The position numbers and the translations under genes are program-made. Under the pieces are notes generated by a model, which was not told the DNA's origin, did no database searches, and saw only the letters and a list, made by a program, of their open reading frames with translations. DNA of 64,000 bases, taken from NCBI RefSeq assembly GCF_006345805.1, contig NC_043001.1, positions 58,776,001 to 58,840,000 on the forward strand, given 5' to 3'. Position 1 is the first letter of the stretch. The number at the start of each line of letters is the position of its first letter. Positions 1 through 13,368 of the stretch are shown here, in pieces. The DNA is from Octopus sinensis (Eukaryota).

Positions 1-503
1 TATGAACCCAATGACAGAGCAAAGCAAGCTTCATACAAATTCGTTTCAATATTTCTAGATCTAATTAGTTTTCTGCTGACCTACTATATTTATAAAATCT
101 AAAACGTTTCAAAAGTTAGCGGAAGTGAGTGTGGGAGTAATAAGGCTTTAGGAAAACTGCATCAAACGATAAGTTGAGCAACGAAGATATATAATATATC
201 TTGGAAAGTCTCATATCGATCCTGTTTGAGCATTCTTACAGTCAGATATTTTTCAAACCAAACTCCTCTATCCTTTTTAAACAGTTTCTTTTGGAACATA
301 TATCGAAATCATTCCTTTAAGATCTTCAGTAAGAATTTCATGTCGATTTAGCTATTTATTACAGACCGAACTTCTGTACAGTGTTTTATACTTACTTGAC
401 TTTTATGTATAAATATTTAGGCATTTGTGTAATTCTGTGCGACGTGTTTCCTACAAGAGTATAGACTTACATATGTATGTGTATAATATATAACATATTC
501 ACA

Positions 504-535
<32 letters not shown>

Positions 536-1546
536 GTGATTATATTTATGTGTGCCTCATTATGTGTGAGTGTAACTATGCACACATACATATACACACA
601 TATGCATATGTATATGTGTGATTATAGATACATATATGTATATGTCTCTTGGTTTTACAGCACGGACGTTTGTCTAGCTATGGAAGGTGCAGCGGTATAC
701 TGTTCTTATATTTATGTGAAAGTGTGTGTTTGGTTCTTTAAAGTCTATACGTGTTTCTGTGTCTATATATGTTTGCATGACTGGGTTTTTATATTTGTAC
801 GGTGATATGTGTGCGCATTTGTGTGACTGTTCGTACACGTGTGTTTAGTTGTTTGACTGCGTATTTATGTAACTATGTGTAAGGAGTGTCCCATATCTTT
901 TCTCTAAGGTTAATTCACTAGCAGTTCTTTGTCTCACTTGATTTAACATAAATAACAATAGACAAACAAAACATTAATATCTCTGCTTCACCAAAGAAAC
1001 AATAAATTATGTCTTCATAGCATGAAAAGAGAAATATTGCAGACTTTAATCAGAATACAAAAATCAGAAGAATTCATTAAAATTGAATTAAAATCCTCCT
1101 GTTTTCATTTAGTATTCTTTTATTCGTTTTCATTCTTTGTTGTTCTTTTTTCTCCCTGAACTTTTTGTCATTAAGTTATATAAAAAAAAAGAAATAAAAT
1201 TTGCTTTTATATTACCGATTCTTTGATCGTGTTTGCTCCTCATTTCATTCCAGTTCGATAATTCTCTGAATCTCCCACTTCTTCCACATAGTCTGTTACC
1301 GTGTGTTAAACAGACCTTCTGATATGAACTTAATATAGATTATATTATCAGTATAACAGATCAGTCTATAACAGAAAAATACAAGGGAATAAGGTTAATT
1401 CCAGTCATTGATCACAGCTTCAAATATTAATACAATTTGTAATGTAGCATATGCAATGACAGAAGATTCAAACGTACATAAATTTTTCTCTAATCTTTTT
1501 TTACTGATTATTTGTGTTTGTCTGTGTGTGCGTATGTGTAGTAGTA

Positions 1547-1691
1547 GTAGTAATAGTAGTAGTACCACCAGCAGCAGCAACAGCATTGTTATTATCATTA
1601 TATGAAGTAGTACGAGAATTATTATTATTATTATTATTAGTAGTATAGTAGTAGTAGTAGTAGTAGTAGTAGTAGCAGCAGCAGCAGCAAT

Positions 1692-1778
<87 letters not shown>
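1547..1778. repeat. Compound trinucleotide microsatellite (AGT)n/(AGC)n/(ATT)n
   Basis: Directly visible tandem triplets; explains the poly-T/poly-A/poly-L pseudo-ORFs at 1395-1805. Confidence 0.95.
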
Positions 1779-4700
1779 TTGGTAGATTGGTTGTTTGGAG
1801 GACAATTTTTATTCACTTTGAATTGCCAAGTTTATACAACTGCGTAATATTGATACACAGATATTGGAGTAATAAGGAAAATATTTGTATCAAACTGAAA
1901 CACATCTAAAATATAATGGGAATTTTAAAAATAAGTCAAAGTAAAAATATTCCGAATTCTATTCATGATCTTCAATTTGTGCTTAAAGTCTATTCTTCAA
2001 TTTTTCAATGTTTCGATTTGATTTTTTTTTATGCAATTCATATTTTTAATTCAAAGTTTGAAAGTGGGGAAAAATTACTGAAACTTCCTCAGTTAATTTA
2101 TACTGCAAAAATCAATTCACACCGCAAAAGTAATAGTTGTAATGAATAACTGTTAATGTGGTATTGATACCAAGTTAGAAAGTATTATTAAATATTATGT
2201 TCAATGTTTCAGAACTATCCTGACTAGATTTATTTTTACCTGTTTTTGTTTAGCATCAGTTCTGAAGATCTTTAGAGGAAGCACGTTCCAGCTCTCGACG
2301 CCAACTCCTATGTCCCATATAGTTTATATTGGGTTTCTGATATCAACATATGTCCCACGTAGTTTATATTGGGCTGCTGATATCAACATATAAATGTTGA
2401 TATTATAAAATGCCTAAAATCAAAGTAAATTCAAGATAAGTATATACGGATTTCATTTATTAAGATTCCTTGGTAAATGTTTTGTATCCCCCGGTATAAG
2501 CTATGATATGCGTATATTCTGGTACAAGACAAAATCCATTGTGGTGTCATATCTCTATTGAATTGGAATTGAATCCTATTCATAATTTCCCATCATGTAA
2601 TGTACGCATAGTGAGTTCAATGTTTGAAGCAAAGTCATCTATTTCTAAGAGAAGAGCTGAACTTTATTCTTTAAGATACTGAAGTAGAAGCAGAGTACAC
2701 CACCCACCAGTGAACTCTAACATTACTTAGCTGTACTTATGTACCACTATGACTTTGGTGGTTTCATTATAGAACCAATGCAAAACCGCCAAGAAGAGAT
2801 ACGCCAACAAGCACTTAACTTGTTTTCTTTTCCTGTGTAAAGTAGAACACCAATATTCAAAATGTGTGATGACCTCGCAGTCGACCTCATGAGTCACTTT
2901 CTGTTATGTCTCAAATAAGATTATCTTTGGAATGAAGAAGTAAATTCCTAAAGTTTTCTAAAAGGGATTAGGAAACGAAAGATGTGAGATTTATATCGAA
3001 ACATCCTCTGATGGTTTGCCAGAAGCTTAATCAAATGCGAAAGCAATCTGGTACACTTATAGAATGTATATTTTACTGTCAGATCAACGATTCTAGTTTT
3101 TAACAAGAATAAACGTTTTCTTTCTCTCATCAATACCAACATAATTAAACTCCAAAATCTCTGTTACATACGTCTCACACAAACTTACATAGTAAGAACT
3201 GCAACTTCTAAACTTTTTATGTTGTGAACATTTTTCAATTAATATTTACTGACATATAACAAGCATGAAAGCCTCGGAAATTGTATTACCTTTCTTGTAC
3301 TAAAATATATTTGGTAATATTCAGTAATATGTCAGAGTCTAATCGATCACTACACATGGTAGAAATAGCAGTTAAATCTCAACTCATTAGTGACTATGTT
3401 AAAATACAAAATATTTCAATGTGTAAAGTGGATGAAGCGAAAATATTCATACAGAAAACACTGGATGGTAACAGCTGGAACTTCCTTGCCTAAAACGGTT
3501 GCTTTATTTGAGACACAATACCATCTAAAATAAAAAGTACTACTCATCTTCTTTTCTGTGTGTTCGTTAGGTTTTCCCGGTTGTAAATGTCATGGTTCCT
3601 CAACATCAAATCGATTATCCGGTATATTCAATACCACTATAGGTCATCAAATCTAGAGAAATTGAAAATTCAATAAATTTATTTTAACCCGGAATATCTA
3701 AAAAATTCCTTCTTATTCTTCTATAGATGAAAAATAACACATTGATATATAATAAGTAGATTAGTAGATAAATGCGTTTAAGGGAAAATGAAAACAGTAT
3801 GAAAGGTTTCAGTAATTTTATTTATTTATTTGTTATTGTAATGCATTTGTCGAATTACTCTAAACAAACCTGTAACTAGAGAAAATAGTGTTCGCAATAT
3901 TGATAATAAAATTTTTCGTGTAAATGAAACGCGTACTGGATTTCAGATAATATGTAAAAATGGCATTTTCCATCACAGAGAGGAAGATAATTAAAAAAAT
4001 AAAGAAGTCAGACACCAATGTAATAAAAATAGAAAAGAAATAAAATAGGAAATTATTTCATCCTGACTTGTGGCTAGATCTCAAGTTTGCTTAGAGAGCA
4101 ATGCCAGATGCAATATCAGATCATCGGAAAGGAATTCTATGGAGATGCCTTGGACAGTATTAGGAATTAAATAACTAAAATAATTCTCAACCCCTTGACC
4201 TCCAACTATGACAATGTTTAATGTTCTTAGAGCAGGCATTATTCTAAACAAAGAGAAATCTTTGTCACCAGTCAATACTGAGTGTCACATTCAAATTAGG
4301 TCAGCAGTTCAGTTCGTTGCGGTGCCCTGGTCGGCTAAAATGTCTTACCCATTTATTTTGAGCAGGACAGCTGTCATTGCTATCTAGGACATTCATCTAC
4401 CTCCTGAATTAGATGACATCCACCTCTGCTCACAATCTCCTTCCACAGACATAAAATTACTACGAACAAGGAGTAGGGCAGAGATGGCCGAAGCTTGACT
4501 TTAGGATAATGCGGAGGTGTGGTGTTGTTATAGGGTGTGGTATGTAGTCAATGATGTTAGAAGACATTTTCTATTCGAAGAGACGTTCTAAGATTAAGCG
4601 CCAATATTAATATTGCCAAATGATTGACAGTGTATAAAGAGAATTCTCTCGAGGTTACCATAACAAACATATTTTCACTTCTTTCTTTAACATACACATA

Positions 4701-5647
4701 AATTATTATGCGTATTTGTAACCAAGTGAATCTGCATATATGCTTGTGTTTGTGTATATATGAGCGTAGGCGAGTTATCTGTGTAAATATGAGTGTTTAC
4801 AGGCACTCATGTAAAACTCTGTCGTTATTGCTGTCCAGGCAAAGTATGCACATACCATCGAATACAAATGTTATGTTGTATGCTCAAACTGCCGCAAATG
4901 CCCCCATATTACATATTACATAAATATATAAATCAAAACACGACTGTCATTTTGAATGATACACTAATATATATATACACATGCAAACACAGACAAACAT
5001 ACGCAGACCATATAACCCATATTTCTACAAACGCAGTCAACGAGATAAGCACTCATGAACCAAGATACTTGTTCTTAGAGTGCATACATAAACATGCAAA
5101 TTCTATAGCCTTATTAATATGCATTGTTATAACTCATATCAGTTACACAAGGGTGAGTAACATTTAAAAAAAAAATCAAAAACTGGAAGTAAACATAAGA
5201 TAGAACAACAGATCATAACTTGTCGTCATTCACTGAAACACGGATAGCTATCGTTATCATTTATTCATTTTCAGAATATTTTTGACGTGTATTAAATGAT
5301 GCGTTCCCTGTAAATTTTATTTACTTTATACTTGCAACGGTCTTTGAAAATGAAATGTTAGTTATGGGAGAATAAAAAGTTATTAAAATCAGTGTACTTA
5401 ATGTAACATTTCAGCGTCGAGATTACGATCATAATATTCTTCGAATGACATCTTCTCAACGGGTGTGAGGACACACATACATAAAACTTACATGTATATA
5501 CACATACACACGTACATATAAACATACACACACACAGATGTACAGGAACAAAAACACACACATACACGCATACAAACATACATATTTATATATATATATA
5601 TATATATGTATACACACACATACACACATATATGCATATATATATGT

Positions 5648-6011
5648 GTGCATCTCTGATCACGAGAAGAAGTAGTGGGGGAGCATCATAGCCATGTGTT
5701 GAGAGGGATTCTTTGGGGTTTGAATAGTTCACCTCTGGAAACATGGGTGGTTCTTTCAACATCCTTAAACAACCCTTATTCAGGGACCGTTTGAGCGGGA
5801 TGGGCTACTCAACCTGAAGAAAATTCTAACTGGGCCCCACCTGCAAGGTCATGTGCTGTTTATCTTGATATGAGATCACCATGTCGCGCACATATGGTTG
5901 TGATGCATGTGTCTGGTGTACCTTTATCAGACGGGTAGTCATGATGGGTATATTGGGCTTCGTATATTTTACCCCAGTGTCACTTTGATGGCATGAACTG
6001 CTCTCTCACTC
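5648..6011 (+). mobile_element. 3' end of an (AAT)n-tailed interspersed repeat ('family A'), probably the 3' UTR of a non-LTR retrotransposon or a non-autonomous derivative
   Basis: Near-identical to 19760-20096 and clearly similar to 23075-23425; ends ...CTCTCTCACTC followed by AATAATAAT. Confidence 0.8.
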
Positions 6012-6021
6012 AATAATAATA

Positions 6022-6063
<42 letters not shown>

Positions 6064-6099
6064 GTTGTTGTTGTTGTTGTTATTATTATTTCACTTTTT

Positions 6100-6287
6100 G
6101 CCAAAAGAGCAGCGTGGGAGGGGTGGGAAGGAGTCGATTACATCGACTCAAGCTTAACTGGTACTTACTTTATCGAACCCCAAAAAATGAAAAGTAAAAT
6201 CAATCTCGGCACAATTTGCAGTCAGAACGTTGCGACGGGCTAAATACTGCTAAGCATTTCGTCCAGCGCGGTAACGATTCGGCACGG
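6100..6287 (-). mobile_element. tRNA-derived SINE (family alpha), degraded
   Basis: Reverse complement aligns by eye with 17168-17400 (GTCGATTACATCGAC, CTGGTACTT, CTAAGCATTTCG blocks). Confidence 0.75.
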
Positions 6288-6439
6288 TAATGATCGGCAA
6301 AGAATATAAAACAATATGTAGATTACTGAAAGTTCAATCATATTGAACTGAATACATGGACAAGAGAGAAAAGAAAAGAAGAGAGTAAAAAGGGTGGGTT
6401 TACAGTTTCTTTTTTCCGTCGCGTTCAGGGCTTTTCGCT

Positions 6440-7330
6440 TTTAACGTCCTTTTGCGAGTTCTAATGTTCCTCATGTTGTATATTTGTATTGAGCGTCTGT
6501 CAAAATATCTTTTGCATTTATTATTTATTAGAAAATGCTTATATAAAAGTGACACGAATTTCTTGCTTGCGTTAGTCTTTATTACTACACAAAAAGTACG
6601 GGAAAACCAAATAATTTTCCTAGATCTATTTTTTGGTATATTTTTACGATGCATATTTTTACTTAGTGTGTTGTAATATATTTTATCTTTGTAGCTGCTG
6701 TTAGGTAGTGTATTGATATAGTACGAGGCTGCTTTATCTAATATTTGTTTAGAAGAAGATATAATATATATCCTATTACTAAGGTTACTATTAGATTTTT
6801 AAAGGTTATAGTGGGTGACAGGACTGATTACGTATGAGAGCTTCTCGTTTGGCTTATGATACGACTTATAAGAACGGGAATTTAAATCTAGGAAAACATC
6901 TAACAAATAAGCTTTAGACGATTTAGTAGTAGCCTTGATTTTGGGGTCTAATTGACTGAAGGAATTAATGAGATTTTTCCTAAATTCATCAAAAGCGTGA
7001 CCATCACAGCCATGAGACACTCCCAACCCATCACTTCTTATTTCGTTCTAAACCAGTTATATTGAAGTAACTTTCTGCAATCAGTGAGGACGAGGATTTT
7101 AGTCTTCTTCATTCCGTTTCTTTTTACTCGTTCTATTTTTCGTACCAACCTTCAACATCTTTCTTCCACAGTTAATTTATTGTTTTTTTTTAGTTCCTGT
7201 TACCTTTTTTGCTTTCTCAATTGTTTCCTCTAGGGTAAACATCAACTAGCTGCCACATACTTTCCTCCTCTTTAACGTCCGGGGAATCAATGCTGATTAA
7301 TCAGACTTATTTGTATAAGTATCTCTTCTA
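6440..7330 (-). pseudogene. Penelope-like element RT C-terminal/thumb fragment (Naiad-like), disrupted
   Basis: Minus-strand peptides LLDVFLDLNSRSYKSYHKPNEKLSYV and NRSRKIIWFSRTFCVVIKTNASKKFVSLLYKHF resemble the PLE motifs FLDVTLDL..Y.PY.KPN and RKRNIIWFNPP...VKTNIGK.FL.L..KHF. Confidence 0.7.
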
Positions 7331-7864
7331 ATGAATTATTTTTTCACACAAAGAAATAGATCTAGGAGTCCAGATATTATTTAAACTTATTCATAGACTG
7401 GTCTGTTATGCGAGACATATAAAACAAGTTATCTTAATTTTAAAGAAAATCAAGTAGTTTTGGACAGGATGAATCGCATAATTACGTCAGGACTTGACAT
7501 ACAATTTTGTATAAATTTGACTTTATAAGATGAAAAAGTAAATAATAATTTAAATACATAAATACTCTTTCACATACACACTGCTCTATGTTGCTGAAGG
7601 CGTTGCGCATATCAGTTCCGTATTAGCTCCTCATAGATAAATAGATAAGGTTCTTGAAGTTTAATTGCCTTGCCTGTGCCCATGCTAAACGCAGGAAGAG
7701 GCTAAATACCTGGGACACCTTGACTGTATTTCAGCACAGTATTAATGTGGTTACTTAAAGGCATTTGTCTTGACAATTAATCTTTGAGTTGCATTCAGGT
7801 ACCCTGTGAAAAATAATTAAGTCCCTTACATTAAACAGCAGAAACAATTATCTATTTTTTCCGC

Positions 7865-8130
7865 ACTTCGTCTGTCTTTATATTCCGAGTTCAAATTCCA
7901 CCGATGTCGGCTTTTCCTTTTAAAGGTAGAATCATTCGCACACTGCAAAATGCTTAGCAGCATCTCGTCCAACTTCTCACACTGAGTGCAAATTCTTCAC
8001 TTTCTGAGTTGAATTTCTGCCCAGGTCGTGTGTTAACTATCACTATTTTGTGGTCGACAAAATAAGCACCACTTGAGCACTTGAGTGGATGTAACCGACT
8101 ACTCACCCCCCCCCCGCAAAATCTGAGGTA
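7865..8130 (+). mobile_element. SINE family alpha fragments
   Basis: CCGAGTTCAAATTCCACCGA B-box-like block plus GGTCGAC-AAATAAGCACCA; matches the body of 17168-17400. Confidence 0.6.
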
Positions 8131-9231
8131 ATGTACCGATTGAAGAAAGGATTATTATAATAACTATTATTGTTGTTATTATTTTAAATCTTACTGCCAT
8201 TATGAAGGCGGTAAGCGGCCAGAATCTCTAAGCGCGTCATAAAAGATACTTAGAGACATTTGTTTTCTGATTTCAAGTCCCCTCAATGTAAATATTACTT
8301 TGCTCATTTGCGGGTTGAAAAATGTCAGGTGTACTTTTCGTCACAAAAGAATTATTGGATTTATGCGAATATTTGAAATTTTTGTTACTTATAATCAAGA
8401 TGACTAGCTGATCTTTAGAGTCTCGGAAAGAGATGATGCATATTTATTTGATCAAATGCCACCGGAGTTTACTCTGCTCTAATTCGTCGGGTACAATAAA
8501 AATGTGGATTACGTCGATCCCAGTCGAGCAAGGAGGTTCATGTAATCATCTAACTTCCTCCTTCTTTCATTAAAAAGAATTAGGGCGGTGAGCTGACAAA
8601 ATCGTTCGAGTGTCAGATAAGTGTTTTGACCTACCCTTAAATGTTTTTGATTTAGACAGAAGGCCAGCAAACCTTTTGCAGCCTTATCGGTCGAATAAAT
8701 AATATATCTTTTTAGTATTAGTTAGGATGTTTTTGTTTTGAGCCCTCACTTCTGAACTACTGGTTTCATACCCAAATCATTAGAGGACGAAAAAGACGAA
8801 TCGTGAGAGTATTTTCAGAAATCTTTTAAGATACTTTTCATTTCTTTACTTCTGCAGGGTTTGGAATCAAAATTAACTATAACTAGTTGTGTCTTCTATC
8901 CCACTGGCGTCGACAAAGTTGAGTACCAGTTAATTAATAGACCCGATAGTAAGAAGTGAAGCTTTTCGCCGGGCTTGTATCGATCTTTTAAATTATTATT
9001 AATATAAGCATTTTGATATCACTTACAACTACATCGATATTTTTACCAATTTTCCGGATTTTCAATTTTATCCATTTTAGTTCAAGTTTATCATGAATTG
9101 AAATTATTAGATCATACGTCAACTTAAACAGTCTTGTTTATTTTTCCCTCACCCACTATTATTTAAAATGATCCCTAAACTTGAACATGTAAAAAATAAA
9201 AATATTAAAAATACACACGTACCCTTAACGT

Positions 9232-9395
9232 TGTTCTCAGGGATATTCAACGTGTCACAGGATATGACAAGGATGTCCTTTTGAATTTCAAGCACAACTC
9301 ATTTTTGCCAGCTGAGCTCACTGGTGCAGCATGAAATAAAGTGTCTTGGACACAACGAGATGCCGGTTATCGAACTTACAATCATGAAACGAATA
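9232..9395 (-). mobile_element. SINE family gamma fragment
   Basis: GAAATAAAGTGTCTT-GGACACAACG and TTTTGCCAGCTGAG blocks; reverse complement resembles 49495-49810. Confidence 0.55.
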
Positions 9396-11083
9396 CCCTA
9401 ACTACATATTGAATATCTGTAGAGACGAAGAAATATTTGAAAGCCTTCTCATAGTGGAATTCAGAAGATTTGAAACAGGGAGGAGAGCTTCGATTCTGAG
9501 AAGAAATATCTTAAAATAGCACCAGAAAATGATTATTTTATCATCTGAATTTTCAGAGTTTTCAGAGTCATCTACAGATATAATATTCACAAAATAAAAA
9601 AGTAAAAAAGGAAAGAAATAAAAACAAATCTAATAAAGTTCAAGTTGAATATTTCTAAAATATCAAAAGTTAAAAAACTTATGTTTGTAGTTTTGGTTAT
9701 ATTTTGCCAAGTTTTTACACTTTTTCTGAATAATTAAATGCCTTAACATCATGCAGCTGAGATCCTGAGAATGTAAATGATTCAAACAAATAAATAAAAC
9801 CTATTGAATTTTCTCAGCTAAACTGTAGGAATGATCATTACTTTGATAAAATAGAAATAAACGAATTACATAAAATGCAGATGAGGGTTAATAACATTAT
9901 AAAATGAGGAAGAAAGTACTATTACATTTGTCCAAATCTGATTTGCTATCAGGAGAAAAATCGAAGTATCATTGAGCAAACATTCTTATTAACAGCGATC
10001 TGCAACAATATTTACAAAACAAAATGATAATTTGCAAATATTTTTAGCATGTTAATGTTATTTTATATTTTATAGGTTATGGAATAAAGTTAAAACAAAT
10101 CTAAGAAAGAAAATTTTTATGAAAATATTTCTGTTTAGAATATCAACACCTGATCCTTCGAATTTCTAACAAGGCACGTTTGTATTTTGTTTGATGATAT
10201 CTTTCAGTCGAGTTCTTTTTGTTTTTTATAATGTTGTTGTTTCCTTAATTAGAAACATTTCGAGACAAACATATTTAAGTGTTATGTTTCGCCACAAGTG
10301 TTACATGACAATTTTAAGTTAATACAGCATATAAACTTTAGCTTAAACTAAGCACATAAACTCGTGTGTTTATGTGTGTAGCTATTCACACAAATACAAT
10401 ATCGTGGAACGCACATATAAAGATATATGAATATATGTTCATATGTTCATTTAAAAAATATGTTCTCACAAACGTACCTACATATTGTGTGTTTCCGTGT
10501 GTGCACGCTAGCAAAAATATATGACTTATTGTGCTGAAAATGAATCCTGAGAGATATTTAACATAATTTTTTCTTTATCTCTGAGTTAGTTTTGAAAAGT
10601 GGCTGTTGATAAGAGAAAGACTATTTACATATTACCTTGGCTCTTTAATTGGATATAACATTAAGAAAGACCTTCAAACAGAGCAACGAGGGAAATGAAA
10701 TTGAGCAACAAAAATAGGTGAGAAGGAAAGGTAAAATAAATTGACAACACCCTCCGTTCTCAGATATATTAAAGCAACTAGAATATTATCTCTGTGGAGA
10801 AATGCTACATATTTGTGACATGGGCGCATTTGAGTAAATCACCATAGTATTTTGTCGGCTTCAAAGAGTGAAGAACGAAATTTGATAATCTCAGGATCTG
10901 AATATATCTCAAAATATTGAGACTATTTTATTCGAAACAGTCCTGCCCATGTACTGACCTAATCATAAAACGATGTTTAAAATTATAATTTAGGCTAAAA
11001 CTACTGTTTTATGAAAAGAAGATCAGAATATTTAATAAAAATATGATATATCACATGTCTGCAGCCCGTTGGGAATTAAACTA

Positions 11084-12151
11084 TTGGGTTTTCCGTAAAG
11101 TTCGTGCCGATTTATAGTAGCTTACATTTCGGATTATTTTAGAACATCGTTGAGTCAAAAATATAGGATTTGACTACACCTCCATTTAAAGCAAAGTTTA
11201 AGCTATCTTTTCGTGCAAGAAGGTTTGTGTTCCTATAACCTGTGTTAATTCTGTAGCCCTTTAAAATGAAAGATAAGAAAGTTCATTTTGGGCACTTGAT
11301 GAGAATGACCCACATTGTACAACCCGAGAATTGGCAGAAAGCCTCAAATTATCAAAATCCGTCGTTCGTGAGCACCTAGTAAAGCTTGGGTACACAAATT
11401 GCTACGATGTTTGGGTACCACATGAGTTGGGTAAGAAGAACCTTTTGGATGGCATTTCCATCTGTGATTCGTTTTATAAGCGGAATGAAAACGCGCCTTT
11501 TTTAAAGCAATTTGAGACAGGCGATAAGAAATGGATTATCTACCGAAATGTTCAGAGAAAGCGATCCCGGAGTAAGCGACATAAGCCACCCTTAGCCACC
11601 CCAAAAGTGGATCTTCACCCTAAAAAGTTTTGCTTTGTTTATGGTGGGATTGGAAAGGAATTCTGTAGTATGAGCTTCTCCTAAGTAACCAGACAATTAA
11701 TTCTAAGAAATACTGCACACAACTGGATGTGTTAAAAGCAGCAATTGAAACGAAACGTCCAGAATTGACCAACAAGATGGGTGTTGTTTTCCAACATGAT
11801 AATGCAAGACCACACGTTTCTTTGGGAATCAGACAAAATTGCTGCAGCACGGCTGGGATGTGTTACCGCAAACTCCATATTCACCAGATATTGCTCTTTC
11901 GGATTTCCACTTATTCAGGTCTCTGCAGAATAGTCTTAATGGTAAAAATTTCAATTCCTTGGATGGAATAAAATGATACTTTGATGAATTGTCATGAAAC
12001 CACCTCAATTCTGGGAAGAGGTTATTTTCAAGATGGAGACGCATTGTGTAACAAAATGGTTAATATTTGGTTGATTAAAAATGTAATGGCAAGCATTTAT
12101 TGACCTTTTTCGTTCCTTTAAAAATCGGCACGAACTTTCTGGACGACCCAG
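11084..12151 (+). mobile_element. mariner transposon (DD34D, mellifera-like), internally deleted and disrupted
   Basis: 30-bp imperfect TIRs TTGGGTTTTCCGTAAAGTTCGTGCCGATTT / AAATCGGCACGAACTTTCTGGACGACCCAG, flanked by TA (11082-83, 12152-53). Peptides WVPHEL, ETGDKKWI, FQHDNARPH and YSPDIALSDFHLF across frameshifts. 1068 bp, with part of the N-terminal DNA-binding region missing near 11300. Confidence 0.92.
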
Positions 12152-12732
12152 TATTTTGTTTTCAGATAAACTTAAGATCAGAAATATCTCACCCTGTAAA
12201 CTATAACTACAAAAATGAATTGAACATTTCATGTGATGTGCTCAGCCATACGGATCCGGTAATCTAATGATCGAAGGCATTTCAATTCTGACTATTTTGT
12301 CTTATATAATAAACAGAGTGCTTACAGAACAATATCACTAATGATTCTTCTAAGATTCTAGTTTAATTTAGAAGAAGATTTAGCTCTTAATTTGGGTAAT
12401 TCTGGAATAGCGAGGGTAAAAGTAAACTAAATATTACTCTACAGAATCAATATGAATGTAATAAAGAAAATAAAGTAAACATACATTTGTAATTAATACC
12501 TGAATTAGATATTTATACAGCTAGTACACAGATTTAATCGAAAGCGTATACATACCTACTATATATGTGTGGCGGGGGGATTAAAGCAGTTTGATTCAAG
12601 TTCCAAATTTCGAATGGTTGAAGATTAGCATCACGCTTTGAAAATTCAAGTGCTAAAGGAATATCAATCAGACTATTTTCAGTCAAATGCGTTGAGAGCC
12701 CTTCTTTTCTTTGTCTACTCACTTGTGTATGT

Positions 12733-12736
<4 letters not shown>

Positions 12737-12808
<72 letters not shown>
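12737..12808. repeat. (TA)n microsatellite
   Basis: Directly visible. Confidence 0.95.
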
Positions 12809-12816
<8 letters not shown>

Positions 12817-12964
12817 TACGAACGGTTTTGTTCACTTGTAATCTAAACGAATATGTAGGCTGAGTATGTGCTATAGTTTGTCGACCATTAGGTTTCAAAA
12901 TAACAACTGAAGCTGGATCTCGGGATCTGTGTTAGAGCTCCGTTATAGCAAGTATATATTATAG

Positions 12965-13255
12965 TAGAGGAGAAATGAAAACCAAGGCAAAACGAGTATC
13001 TTAAGTCATTTAGAATAATTTAATTAGGGTAAATTTCTTCTTGTAGGGTGATTTCTTCTTGTAAACTGTAAATTTTCCGCGCATAAAATATTCATAGCTT
13101 CTCTCTGATGACGGAATACCCAGTGCACGGGCATGCTAACCAACCACTAGGGTTATCCCAGAAACGGCTGTAAGGCTTCAAATTTGCCTCAACCTAATTA
13201 AATTATTCTAAATGACTTGAGATACTAATTCTGCCTTGGTTTCCAATGTTCCTCT
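12965..13255. repeat. ~65-bp inverted repeat (12965-13029 vs 13191-13255) enclosing a hammerhead-like motif; probable PLE relic
   Basis: AACCAAGGCAAAACGAGTATCTTAAGTCATTTAGAATAATTTAATTAGG is the near reverse complement of CCTAATTAAATTATTCTAAATGACTTGAGATACTAATTCTGCCTTGGTT. Confidence 0.7.
13102..13175 (+). ncRNA. Candidate minimal type I hammerhead ribozyme, partly degenerate
   Basis: CUGAUGA at 13105-11; imperfect stem II (CGGAAUACCC / GGGUUAUCCCA); GAAA at 13161-64; stem III AC-GGCU-GU; GUA triplet ending at 13172; 3-bp stem I (UCU/AGG). Confidence 0.5.
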
Positions 13256-13256
13256 A

Positions 13257-13368
13257 ATATAATATAATATAATATAATATAATATAATATAATATAATAT
13301 AATATAATATAATATTATATTATATTATATTATATTATGTTATATATTACAATATAATATAATATATA
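13257..13368. repeat. (AATAT)n switching to (ATATT)n pentanucleotide microsatellite
   Basis: Directly visible; the two halves are mutual reverse complements. Confidence 0.9.

Noticed and set aside
3571-3650. Possible small host exon after TTAG (FPGCKCHGS...)
   Set aside because: No recognisable domain, no partner exons and no convincing donor site.
9420-9600. Purine-rich exon-like stretch
   Set aside because: All plus-strand frames close within ~100 nt and no homology is recognisable.
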